A stretch of 63,860 nucleotides of DNA, the filler included, from Octopus bimaculoides (Eukaryota), in the NCBI RefSeq assembly GCF_001194135.2. It is 8 parts of 7 records of this genome, joined end to end, with 100 filler letters (N's around TTAATTAATTAA, not from the genome) between each part and the next. Parts side by side here need not be neighbours in the genome. Positions count along the whole stretch, not along the records: positions 4,999 to 28,706 come from NC_068982.1; positions 28,807 to 36,401 come from NC_069002.1; positions 36,502 to 52,089 come from NC_068982.1; 5 more parts are not named here. One strand, 5' to 3'. Numbering within the stretch: position 1 is the first letter of the stretch; each line of letters begins with the position of its first letter. Below the pieces are notes generated by a model. The model was not told the DNA's origin. It saw nothing but the letters and a program-made list of their open reading frames with translations, and made no database searches. Position numbers and translations under genes: made by a program. Shown piece by piece: positions 24,800-36,814 of this stretch.

Positions 24800-25560
24800 A
24801 GAGAAACACAGAGGCACATATGTCTCTGTACTTGTGTGGGTGTATTATATGTATTAACATATATCCAAGCAAACGTTTGTTCAATCATAAATTTATGACA
24901 ACATATACGTGTATGAGCGCGCGTGCGTGTGTATATGCATTCATATGTATATGTGCGTATGAGTGTGTATGCGAGTGAGATAGAGAGAGGGAGAGGGATA
25001 GATAGAGTATATATATAAATATGTTTTGTATGCTTGTTTGTATGTACATATGTAGGTTGGTATGTAGGTATGTAGGTAAGTGTAAATAATTAGTAAGGGA
25101 GAAGGGTGTATATGAATGTAGACGCGCTCATAATCAAGAGGGCCCTTGAGAATGAAACATATATCTCGCTGAAAGAATTCGATCCGATAATTACTAATGA
25201 CAAACGCTGTAGCTCCATAACACATAACCATTAGAGCGCTGTGGCATTTTAATGACAACACCGACAGCAACAACAGCAACAAAACCAACGACAATATCAA
25301 CAAAAACTAAAGAAACAATAACGAAAATATAGCAACAGTAATATCAACAAGAACGACAAATGTAACCACAACGATATGACAACCAACAATAGCATTAATA
25401 TTTGCTAAATAATCGCGAAGGCTCAAATGATTTTTTATGGGCAGAGAAAAGGCACAGGAACAGCCAATTATAGTGCCGGTACTTATTAATTTCATTAACT
25501 TTGAAAGGATAACGTCACGCTAGTCTTTGGTGCGGTTAGAACTCAGAACGTTAGGTTTTT

Positions 25561-25829
25561 CATGAGTCTTAGGACTCATAAGAGCAGAGTTTAACCCGAT
25601 TTTCATGGCGTATGACAAAGATCATAACACTCACCTGTGGACGGGACACCGGACGATCGCATGGTTAACTTCCCAGCTATTGCCGGGTCTTATTTTACTG
25701 CTGAGTGGACTGTGGCAATATGAAATGAAGTGTTTTGCTCAAGAACACAACGTACCGCCCTGTCTGCGAATAAAACTACGCTCTTAAGATCGTGAGTGCA
25801 ACACCCTATCCATTAGGCCACGTTGCTTC
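25561..25829 (-). mobile_element. tRNA-derived SINE with CORE-like central domain (family D)
   Basis: Minus strand reads GCAACGTGGCCTAATGGATAGG (A-box-like), GTTGTGTTCTTGAGCAAAACACTTCATTTC (CORE-like, from memory), and a terminal ATGAGTC-CTAA-GACTCAT hairpin. Confidence 0.65.
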
Positions 25830-26442
25830 GTAGGACCGTAAAGAGATGTAACCAATTAAAAATAAGGCATTGCTATCTGTGCCTCTACGAATTCTGCTAT
25901 ATACTGCAATTACAACTGTGGACAACAACAAATTTAGTCCAATAGTAATATCACAAGGTCTGGATTTTTAGTAGGGAAAAGTTTGTTGACTATTACGACC
26001 GTAACATTTGCCTGGTATATATTTTATAAATAGTGCTTGATACGTTGATTAACCTGGGATTTAAAAAAATAAGTTAGTCACAGGAACATTTATGATTGAG
26101 AGGAAAAAAATGTTTGATGACCAGGGCAGTGCCAAAAACAACAGCAGCGGCTACAACAACAATAACAGCAACCAAAACAAGTTCGAGAAGAAAAAAAATT
26201 TACCTTCAGACAAGAACAACATCAAAGGAACTAATAAGGTGGTCTTCCATGGTTGTTAGACCTGCTAGAAATGGCAGCCAAATTTCTTTGGAATTGGAGG
26301 GCCACTTTAAATACTTTGGTTCTAGATACGCTTTTCTCGATGTAACGGGATGATCATCGTCGGAACATCTTTGGTCGTAGTCCACATCTATATATGTATA
26401 TATATAGCCACATGTATATATATGTATGCATATAGTCTAGAC

Positions 26443-26739
26443 CAGGGGTTTTCAAACTTTTTGACTTGCGGACCCCTTTATATTTCAGGTTTTACTTTAG
26501 GGACTCCCTTATAAACGCTTATGAAATTTATGCATAAATATTTGCTTAAAATAACATATATTTTTACATTTGTTTATTTAACAGTATTTAACAAATAGGT
26601 TTATTGTCAATTAAAAGATTTCGATTAAAAACCATATATAAAATCAAATTGCCCATAAAAAGTATTTGCTGTTCACGGACCCCCTGTCTTGTCCTTGCGG
26701 ACCCCCTGTGGTCCGCGGACCACAGTTTGAAAACCACTG
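26443..26739. mobile_element. hAT (Charlie-like) MITE
   Basis: TIRs CAGGGGTTTTCAAACT / AGTTTGAAAACCACTG; 8-bp TSD GTCTAGAC / GTCTAGGC, matching the NTCTAGAN target preference. Confidence 0.9.
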
Positions 26740-26877
26740 GTCTAGGCTCTTTAGCTGCCTCGTTCGAATACACACATATATACAAACTCATTTATAATTT
26801 CTCATTTTACAAACCTACTTAATATTTTATCCCTCAAAGGCACACTAACCTACAAGTGTTATCAATATCTTTTACCT

Positions 26878-26922
26878 TTTACTTGTTTCAGTCATTAGAC
26901 TGAGGCCATGTTGGGGCACCGT
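26878..26922 (-). mobile_element. SINE B / CR1-type 3' tail fragment
   Basis: TTTTACTTGTTTCAGTCATTAGACTGAGGCCATGTTGGGGCACCG. Confidence 0.7.
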
Positions 26923-27362
26923 ATTGACTTATAAGTGTTACAGACACAGAAATACGTTTACACAGAAGCATACTTTTATATATACGTAAATATACATATA
27001 TACAAATCCCTCCACATTCTATGCTTCGTCTATATTTACATAAATAAATAAGCTATAAAAATGGATATTTAGAGATATGCATATAAACACTCAGTTCATT
27101 TCTCTATTTTGTCGATAACATCTAATAACTATCTAACCATCACAGTTTTTTTGTTTTTGTTTTTTGTATAAATATGTAGATTCTCTTCATTGTAAATTAG
27201 TTACGCGAACAATGAGTGAAACGTGAAACTCTAAGTAGTGAAAGTCAGTTTGTTAGCTCTGGTATTTCTGTGTGTGGGGGAGGGTGCGAGTGCATACACA
27301 CACACACACGCACACACATACATACATATATAAACACAGAGAGAGGAGAGAGACAGAGACAG

Positions 27363-27466
<104 letters not shown>

Positions 27467-28025
27467 ATATAATCATACATGCAAAATTCGTGATTCGTAG
27501 ATCAAAGCAAAACATTTGTCATGAAACAAGCGTTTGGAAACTGCAGCTGTTGCTAATCGAGACGCTACAATCATTTTTTTTTTTTTCATTTTGCTTTAAT
27601 AGTTTCAGATTTTGCTTTAGGTTGTAGAGAACTGTCTTTTTTTAATCTTCTTTGGTTGCCAATTTAGTATTTACTACTAAGGGAATTGTGTGTATGGTTT
27701 ATTGTTTTTCTCATTTGGGCTCCCGCTGGTACGTAGTACAATGGTATAGATATATATATGTACATACATGTATACACACATACGTAGACACACATATGTG
27801 CAAGTGTTTATTATTCTTTTTCAAGGGTAGGAGGGAAAATTGTAATTAGAATTAATGACTTAAGATTGTAGATGTCTTAAAAGTTTATTAAAAAATAAGT
27901 AATTAAAAGTTTTCATCAAAAATGCATCAGTAGTTAGCCGGAGATATTTGATTAATCTCTAAAGAAACTTCGAAAGTGAAGTCTGAGATTTGTAGTCTTC
28001 AAGTATCTTTATCTTTTGTCTTTTA

Positions 28026-28230
28026 TCTTTTATATGTTTCAGTCTTTGGACTGTGGCCATGCTGGGGCACCGTCTTGAAGGGTTTAGTCGAACAAATCGA
28101 CCACTGTACTTATTTAAGCTTGGTTCTTATTCTATCATTCCATTTTCCCGAACTTCTAAGTTAGGGAGATGTAGACAAACCAGCACAGGTTGTCAGGAGG
28201 TTCTGAATGGTCAAACACAAACAGAAAAAT
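28026..28230 (-). mobile_element. SINE family B, 3' half
   Basis: TGTTTCAGTC...GGCCATGCTGGGGCACCG...CTAAGTTAGGGAGATGTAGACAAACCAGCACAGGTTGTCA. Confidence 0.8.
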
Positions 28231-28662
28231 ACACACACACACACAAATACACACATACACACTACACACACATACACTCTACACACACACACACAACCAT
28301 TTGTCTGCTGAAATGAATTGATAGGCCCACTTATAAGATCCAAAGATACATAATCTTTGTCCTCTGATGAAATTATACTCACGTCACATGAATTTTGATT
28401 TAATGTACAAATTTGTAATTAAATTATTGAGTATTAATTGAAACGGCTGTAAGAAGTGAAGATGATCAATTTATTGTTAATAAACAATTATTAAGTTTCT
28501 TATCTCCATTTTCTTTTCTTATTTTAAATGGATACAAACTATATGCTTAATATATGCCTATTGTTTTAAGGGAATTTCATTTCCCCGAAATACTAAGTAT
28601 TGAACCAGTATCTCCTTGGATGCAACCATCCCTTCACGAGGTTAACATATCCTCTAATTAAA

Positions 28663-28706
<44 letters not shown>

Positions 28707-29124
28707 NNNNNNNNNNNNNNNNNNNNNNNNNNNNNNNNNNNNNNNNNNNNTTAATTAATTAANNNNNNNNNNNNNNNNNNNNNNNNNNNNNNNNNNNNNN
28801 NNNNNNATATATATATATATATATATATATTCCAACACGTGCACACACATAGATGCATTCAGTCTACTTTATACAAAGCAACTACATTTTTTTCCCATTG
28901 AATTACTATAATTATCTCGTGTTCATTATTATAGATTGAAATATGAGCGTAAAAACTGTAGTTATTCGCTGTTATTATCTGCAGTCAACATATAAAGACA
29001 AATGATACGTCTCTCACTTTGCAAATAACAAATTACACCTCATAATCTCTACTTTTATAAGGGAGATTAAGTGTTCACCGTTACTCCTAAAAAAATTTAT
29101 GTGTATATTTACGTGTATATTTTA

Positions 29125-29335
29125 CAAGTCGTCTTCTTGTTATCACGTATTTTGACTGCACTATCGAGCGCAGCTCTGCGCGCCTTCGCTATGTGCTGTA
29201 GTTTGTTTTGATGTCCTTATTTTCACTGTATTAAAAGAGTTTTGCGTAGGAAGTGCGTGGTACCTAGTAATGCTATTTTCAGATTGTTGGAAAAGTTGGT
29301 GTTTCTCTTACGTATTTATCTGAATGTTTTATTAT
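29125..29335 (-). mobile_element. 3' end of an R4/Dong-like non-LTR element (second subfamily)
   Basis: Minus-strand peptide KIALLGTTHFLRKTLLIQ* (typical RLE-clade C-terminus) followed by a 3' UTR. Confidence 0.65.
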
Positions 29336-29344
29336 CATTATTAT

Positions 29345-29825
29345 TATTGAGTGAGAGAGCAGTGTATGCCATCTAAGTGACACTGGGGTGTAAATATATG
29401 AAGCCCAATATACCCATCATGACTACCCGTCTGATAAGGGTACACCAGGCACATGCATCACAACCATATGTACGTGACATGGTGATCTCATATCAAGATA
29501 AACAGTGCATGACCTCGCAGGTGGGGCCCAGTTAGAATTTTCTTCGGGTCGAGTTCAAAAGGTTCCTGAATAAGGGTTGTTTGGAGATGTTGAACGAAAC
29601 ACCCATGTTTCCCAATGTGAATTATCCAAACCCCAAAGTATTCCTTTCAACACATGCTATGATGCTCCCCCACTACTTCTGCTCATGATCATAGATGCAC
29701 ATATCGTCAGCGACTAAGGGACATGCTCAACTGGTTAAGTTCAAACAACTGACAAGCAAATCTGTGATATTAAGCAGAATATTTGCTGTAGCCCATCTTT
29801 TATACCAAGACAAAACAACGTACAT
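29345..29825 (-). mobile_element. Non-coding repeat carrying the R4/Dong-type 3' tail, ending in (TAA)n
   Basis: Terminus GAGTGAGAGAGCAGTGTATGCCATC...GTGACACTGGGGTG...GAAGCCCAATA is nearly identical to 29950-30012. Confidence 0.6.
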
Positions 29826-29831
29826 GATAAC

Positions 29832-29855
29832 ACATTATTATTATTATTATTATTA

Positions 29856-29950
<95 letters not shown>
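29832..29950. repeat. (TTA)n microsatellite
   Basis: Direct inspection. Confidence 0.95.
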
Positions 29951-31285
29951 GAGTGAGAGAGAGCAGTGTATGCCATCTTAGTGACACTGGGGTGCAAATA
30001 TATGAAGCCCAATACTTGGGGGAAATTTGGGGGAGGGGTAACATTCTTGATCATTCTCAGGGAACCCACAACATCAATGAGGCTTTTGGTTTTTAATTGC
30101 CACGTTCTAAATATTTCAATCTCGAGGTCCTTGTGTTTCGATAGTTTTTCAAATTTTTTTACTGGAATGTTTCTCTTAGTTGGCGACGTCAATATCAATT
30201 TTTGTCTTATGCTTTTGATGGTGATGTTGATGATGCCTGGTTTGTCAGCATTTATTTGCCTGTCTGTATGTATCTCATAATCCCATGGGCTGGTAACATC
30301 CCCACCCTCAATGACTTGCTGTGTATGGTGTTCATACTGATACCATAGCGATGGTATATACTCCAGTGCAATTATTGGCCCACTCGATCATATCTGGTTT
30401 TACATTCTGTAGGAGCAAGGACTGAGCAACTAGCAACAATATGGTGAATGCTCTCAAGTTCTGTTTTGGCTTTCAAGCCAGTGCTCTGCAGCCACTTAGG
30501 GGTTCTTCTCATATCTACATCAGCTTCCCAGCCCATGCAATAGATTTTCTTTCCAGTGTCTCGACATTTCCTGCGAGCTTTCTTGCTTGGCTTGTCTTAA
30601 ACTTTTTCGCTGACTTTTGTCAAACACCTTACGATACTGGGCTTCGTATTTTTTACTCCAGTGTCACTTTGAAGGCATGCACTGCTCTCTCATTCAATAA
30701 CAACAACAACAACAATAACAACAACATCAACAAATCATATTGCTGTGCAGCCAAACATATGACTATCTGTCTGTCGATCTCCCTGTTCCTGTCGTCACTA
30801 TTTTGCATTCGTTTGTACCTCTTTATCTTTCTCTTCTGGACATTTCATTCTTTTCTCTCCACATCTGTGTGTCACTGTTGCCGTGCCAAGATTTCGTTTT
30901 TTCAATAAGCAATTTTCGAGTGCCATACAGTTTATTAATAGCTGGTCTTTGCAGACGATTGACTTTCTTTTGCATCCTCTATTCAAAAGGATGGGTGTAG
31001 ATTTGATCGAGAAATTGGTACAGCCTCTCGGTGAGGATGGAAGTAAGTATTATACATGCTAGCTAAACAAGTGATTGGCCTGTAGTTTCTTGAGGGTTTT
31101 GTGTCACTCGTTTCAGGGAGTAGGTATGTTATCTATAAAGTGAGCCAGTCTGGGTGGGGAGGTGTCTTTCCAAGTTTTCTAATGATATCAGAGAAACATA
31201 TTATTACGTGGCGGTGTGATGATGAGAGGCTATTAAACCAGGATTTCAGGATTTTTTTCATGTCCAGAAAATTCCACTGTTGCTG
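29950..31285 (-). mobile_element. Internally deleted R4/Dong-like non-LTR retrotransposon
   Basis: Peptides PDWLT..TYLLP..DTK..NYRPITCL, LTSILTERLYQFL, CKDQLLIN, WL..TGLKAETE, ESIHHIVASCSVLAPTE.K.RYDRVGQ.LHW and KDLEIEIFRTWQLKT; 3' end abuts (TAA)n. Confidence 0.85.
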
Positions 31286-31404
31286 TTGTTGTTGTGTGAG
31301 AGTATGACTTCCTCTGGCGAGAATGGACTCGACCACTACGTATAGATAGTAGCGGTCTGAGTAAGTGATGTAGTTCGTGCTGGTTCCGCAATTCGTCTGT
31401 TGAT

Positions 31405-31520
31405 AGTTCAAAGTTGGAGTCCAAACTTTACCCTTTACCTTTCGAGATCGATAAATTAAGTACCAGCTGAACACTGGGGTCGACTCACTCCCACCACACC
31501 CACCGAACTGCTGGCTTTGT
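31405..31520 (+). mobile_element. Partial SINE family A
   Basis: CCTTTCGAGATCGATAAATTAAGTACCAG...GGGGTCGA...GGCTTTGTGC. Confidence 0.7.
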
Positions 31521-31701
31521 GCGAAATTTTGAAATCATTACTAATGTTGTTGATATTGTTGCTGTTGTTATTAATATTACTATTAATTTTATTACCATTG
31601 TTAATGTTTTTATTTTAAATTTTTATCTTTATTATTGTTGATATTGTTGTTGTATTTGTTATTTTTGTTGTCATCATCATCACCACCATAGTCATTATTC
31701 C

Positions 31702-31755
<54 letters not shown>

Positions 31756-31813
31756 CAGTATTATTATTACACTCTATTTCTATGTTCTCTCTCTCTCTGT
31801 CTCTTTAATCTAG

Positions 31814-31892
31814 ATGATACAGCGGTAATTATTCTCAGCGTTTTCGGCGGTGTATCTGTGTTAACAATCGTGATATTTATAATTCTATACAA
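31814..31892 (+). CDS. Internal exon encoding a transmembrane helix of a probable single-pass membrane protein: xDTAVIILSVFGGVSVLTIVIFIILY(K/N)
   Basis: (CT)-rich tract and TAG acceptor, perfect GTAAGT donor, only one open frame (phase 1 to 2), about 23 hydrophobic residues ending in Y-K/N. Confidence 0.6.
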
Positions 31893-32129
31893 GTAAGTCT
31901 ATATACTTCTACAATTACGCTCAAACTACAAGCATTCGATAAATAACTCTGTGTGTGTGTCTTTGTGTGTGTATGTGAGTAGATGCATGCAATTTGTAAG
32001 TGTTGAATTATGGATATACATACATATACATATGCGTGAATATGTATGAAGAATTTATATATATAAGTGTTTATGTGTAATATTCGTAAGAGACAAACAC
32101 GTGCACATATGCATATACATGCTTACACG

Positions 32130-32131
32130 TA

Positions 32132-32169
<38 letters not shown>

Positions 32170-32456
32170 CATACATACATATATATACATATATATATAA
32201 ATATGTGCAAATTGCTCATACATACACACATATATACATGTATACTATACACACTTTGTACTTACATGCATGTATATTGTGTTTATATGTATATATAAAT
32301 GGATATGGATATGTAAATATTATATGTATGCGTCTGTACGTATGTGCACACACGCACACATATACATATATACATATACTTATATATATTATATATATAG
32401 ATATATAAATATACATATATATATATGTATATACATATATATATATATATACACAT

Positions 32457-32487
<31 letters not shown>

Positions 32488-32560
32488 TATATATATATAT
32501 GTATATATGTATATATATGTATATATGTTTATGTATGTATGTATATATATATATATATAT
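32130..32560. repeat. Degenerate (TA)n/(CATA)n low-complexity tract
   Basis: Direct inspection. Confidence 0.9.
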
Positions 32561-33128
32561 AATAGATGCAGACAGCCAGACGTGAAAATTATGCCAATTG
32601 CAGCTTTAGCTATTATTTTGTAGGGGAGGATAATGGAGTCGAAAAGTTTTCGTACAGTAGTTTGCTATAAATTTCCACATAAATACGTATTTATGTAAAC
32701 AAGTGACGATTTTATAATCAGTTGTTTTGTTTGTTTAGTTTTATTTTTTTCTTCTTTTTCCATACATTTTCCTCTGATAATCACGTTGGAATTCTGTAGA
32801 TGTTACCTCCATTCTTAATATCCCTAATAGAAATCGCCAAGTTCCCATCGTAGTTTTTATGAAACATCACGAGATATTATTCAGCACAGTTATTGATAAT
32901 ATTGTGTATCTGATATTAGGCTGTTATAGCATTAACAACAGCAACAAGAACAACAACAACAACAACAACAACAACAGAGAAACTGGAAAATATAGGTTAC
33001 CTGTTCAATGGAAACGGTTGATTATATTTTGGAAGAATCTAGTTTGTTCTTTACTGACGATTTCCAGTGTTATGAAAACCTTGCGTGTAACCTGTGATGG
33101 TGATTCCATCATTATTATTATTATTATT

Positions 33129-33164
<36 letters not shown>

Positions 33165-33269
33165 CTTTCCTGAGATCCGGGGAAAAGTTGTTTTGCCAGA
33201 GGACATTTGCAAATTTGAAGCTATCAATATGATTGCTCGTTATTTTTGTTTTAGTTTCAACCAGTCTCA

Positions 33270-33403
33270 TTATTTCTAATTGTTTATCCATCCATCTATC
33301 TATCTATCCATCTACCTATCAATCTACCTATCTATCTATCTATCCATCTATCTATCAGTCTATCTATCCATCTACCTTGCAATCTATCTATTTATCCATC
33401 TAC

Positions 33404-33447
<44 letters not shown>

Positions 33448-33622
33448 ACATTTACCTAGCAGTCTATCTGTCTATCTATCTATCTATCTATCTTCCTATC
33501 TATCCATCTACCTATCAATCTATCTATCTCTCTATCTATATATCTATCTATCTACCTATCTATCTATCTATCTATCTACCTACCTATCCATCTATCTATC
33601 AGTCTATCTATCCATCTACCTA
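33270..33622. repeat. Degenerate (TCTA)n microsatellite running into a gap
   Basis: Direct inspection. Confidence 0.95.
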
Positions 33623-35544
33623 NNNNNNNNNNNNNNNNNNNNNNNNNNNNNNNNNNNNNNNNNNNNNNNNNNNNNNNNNNNNNNNNNNNNNNNNNNNNNN
33701 NNNNNNNNNNNNNNNNNNNNNNNNNNNNNNNNNNNNNNNNNNNNNNNNNNNNNNNNNNNNNNNNNNNNNNNNNNNNNNNNNNNNNNNNNNNNNNNNNNNN
33801 NNNNNNNNNNNNNNNNNNNNNNNNNNNNNNNNNNNNNNNNNNNNNNNNNNNNNNNNNNNNNNNNNNNNNNNNNNNNNNNNNNNNNNNNNNNNNNNNNNNN
33901 NNNNNNNNNNNNNNNNNNNNNNNNNNNNNNNNNNNNNNNNNNNNNNNNNNNNNNNNNNNNNNNNNNNNNNNNNNNNNNNNNNNNNNNNNNNNNNNNNNNN
34001 NNNNNNNNNNNNNNNNNNNNNNNNNNNNNNNNNNNNNNNNNNNNNNNNNNNNNNNNNNNNNNNNNNNNNNNNNNNNNNNNNNNNNNNNNNNNNNNNNNNN
34101 NNNNNNNNNNNNNNNNNNNNNNNNNNNNNNNNNNNNNNNNNNNNNNNNNNNNNNNNNNNNNNNNNNNNNNNNNNNNNNNNNNNNNNNNNNNNNNNNNNNN
34201 NNNNNCCCCTCTCTTTTCCCCACCCCAGCTCCCTTCCCCATTCTATCTCTTCCCCACCCCAGCTCCCTTCCCCATTCTATCTCTTCCCCACCCCTCTCTC
34301 TTCCCATCCCCTCTCTCTTTTCCTTCCTCTTCCGCCCTCTCTCTCTCTCAATCTCTCAATATGTCTCTCTCAAATGCAATAATTATTTAATACAGGTCAT
34401 ACTGACGCACCATCAGATCAAAACCGTATAATGCAAAGCAACAATTAACTTCCTCATTTATTTCAACCCTAATTACACATTAATATCATCTCTCATACTC
34501 CCCATCTACTTTGAAAAAGTTGCGCAGGCAATACCTCTAAAGAACGAACGGAAGATCTTTCTTTTTGTTTTTTCATTCTCCACCGCATTTCCCTTTTATG
34601 GTCGACATCTACGGTGGCCCTTTTATTAACTGGCTACGTTCAACACAAACAAGAAAAGCGAAACGAAGAAACATCTGCGAAATGTAATTTTGAACTTTTT
34701 AACTTAATCTAATCACAGCTTGTTAATTCTCTCATCAAGAAAACAAGAATGTACAATATAAATAGACAAGATACAAGCTATGTACATACAAGTTAAAACC
34801 ATTTATATAATAATATAAATAAACGAGGCAAAACTATTTATATAGCGTTATTTAAATAGCTACAGCTATTTATAATTCCTTGATTTTCCCACTGATTATG
34901 ATATTTAGGTCATGCAAGATGCCACCCTGTCCGTCTCCTCCCTCTCTTCCCCTAACTCTCTATCTATCTGTCTATCGATGTTCTTGTTCCTTGCCAAGAG
35001 ATGTCATGAGCTTCCATAACAAAGTCCTGAAGAATCATGGTTTTTCTTGGATAAGTTACAGCAGTGTTTTCCCCTTAACTTCTGTTGGTTTGTTTACAGT
35101 TTTTTCAACTAGTCTTTATTGCCCTTCAGTTTAAGCTTGAAGCACGGAGACTTTTATCCCTTAAACATGGGTACTAGATCACTTGATATCAAAAATCGCT
35201 TCGAAGCACCTCTTGGTTCATGCAATGTATTAGGCAATGAACACAAGAAGAAAAATGAGAGGGACAAGTTTTAATAAATGTTGTATTAGTTTTATGCTCA
35301 AAAACAAGGTGTACAGGCTTGATGATTCAGGCGCTAATACTTCACCAGTAAAAATAAAATGAGAAAAGACGTTTGGAAAAATTTAGAGGTCAAGAAAAAT
35401 GCGGTTCTTTCGGGGAGGAGATGGGCGGACTATACAGGTATAGGTTAGCTGCTGTGTACAGAGATGTGCGGAACGGTAGGAGTATGGGGTGGTGTAGTGT
35501 TTTCGGGTGTGTCTAGTTATGTGCAAATATGAAACTATACAATG

Positions 35545-35745
35545 TATTCTTTTCTACTCTAGGCACAAGTCCCGAAGTTTTGGGGGAAGGGGCCAGTCGA
35601 TTAGATCGACCCCAGTACGCAACTGGTACTTAATTTATCGACCCCGAAAGGATGAAAGGCAAAGTTGAATTCAGCGGAATTTGATCTCAGAACGTAAAGA
35701 CAGACCAAATATCACAAAACATTTCGCCCGCGTGCTAATGTTTCT
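35545..35745 (-). mobile_element. SINE family A (tail type 1)
   Basis: CTACTCTAGGCACAAGTCCCGAAG...GACCCCGAAAGGATGAAAGGCAAAG...CGTGCTAA. Confidence 0.9.
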
Positions 35746-35746
35746 T

Positions 35747-35977
35747 ATTTCTTTACTGCCCACAAGGGGCTACACACAGAGGGGACAAACAACGACAGAC
35801 AAACGGATTAAGTCGATTATACCGACCCCAGTGCGCAACTGGTACTTATTTAATCGATCCGGAAAAGATGAAAGGCAAAGTCGACCTCGGCGGAATTTGA
35901 ACTCAGAACATAAACGGCTGACGAAATACCGCTAAGCATTTCGCCCGGCGTGCTAACGTTTCTGCCAGCACGCCGCC
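35747..35977 (-). mobile_element. SINE family A (tail type 2)
   Basis: ATTTCTTTACTGCCCACAAGGGGCTA...GGGGACAAACAA tail; head CTGCCAGCACGCCGCC. Confidence 0.9.
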
Positions 35978-36199
35978 AATGTGTTGTAATGTAAATGGCT
36001 TCGGATTTAGACGTAAGGCCAGAAATTTTGAGGGGAGGATACTTGAATTCCTTTGGGGTGAGGATGCATCGCAGAATTAAGCGATATCATTCCTTGGATT
36101 TTGCATCTAATCAACGGCTATACGTGGAAACTAAGATTAATCTTGTTGCTTTTGTGATTCGGCAGTCTTGTTGCTTTTGTGAGTTCGATTCTACGTATC

Positions 36200-36401
36200 A
36201 TGCGTATCACGTTCTCTTCTCTGAGGCTTCGGATGGGGAATGCTCGTCTTAGTCAGCCACATGCCACGTGGTCATGGCGGATGAGGAAGTATATCGTGGA
36301 GATGGGGGCTGACTGGAACACGGCTCGGAGGGTTGCCAGGTATGATCTGAGCAGATACTGACAATTGGTGGGTGCAGCAACACGCTTCAACGGCACATGC
36401 C
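36200..36401 (+). mobile_element. Probable RTE-type LINE C-terminal fragment
   Basis: Peptide QPHATWSWRMRKYIVEMGADWNTARRVA...LVGA resembles the RTE 'GRP..TW...W..A...A.DR..W..LV' region. Confidence 0.5.
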
Positions 36402-36650
36402 NNNNNNNNNNNNNNNNNNNNNNNNNNNNNNNNNNNNNNNNNNNNTTAATTAATTAANNNNNNNNNNNNNNNNNNNNNNNNNNNNNNNNNNNNNNNNNNN
36501 NCTGGAGGAGATGTCCTCCTGGGGCTAAAAGCAACAGTAACATCCACCCCTAGGGGTCAGCCACACTTAAGTGGCAATATACTACACTTTATCGTGCAGT
36601 TACTGTTAATACTTCATTTAGAGAATTAACATTGCTTATATATATATATA

Positions 36651-36814
36651 TGTCGGGCTTCTTTCAGTTTCCGTCTGCCAAATCCACTCACAAGGCTTCG
36701 GTCGTCCCGAGGCTGTAGCAGAAGACACTTGCTCAAGATTCCACGCAGTCGGACTGAACCAGGAGCCATGTGGTTGGTAAGCAAGCTACTTACCACACAG
36801 CCACTTCTGCGCCT
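36651..36814 (-). mobile_element. SINE family B, 5' half
   Basis: GGGCTTCTTTCAGTTTCCGTCTGCC...GGACTGAACC...CTTACCACACAGCCACT. Confidence 0.9.
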
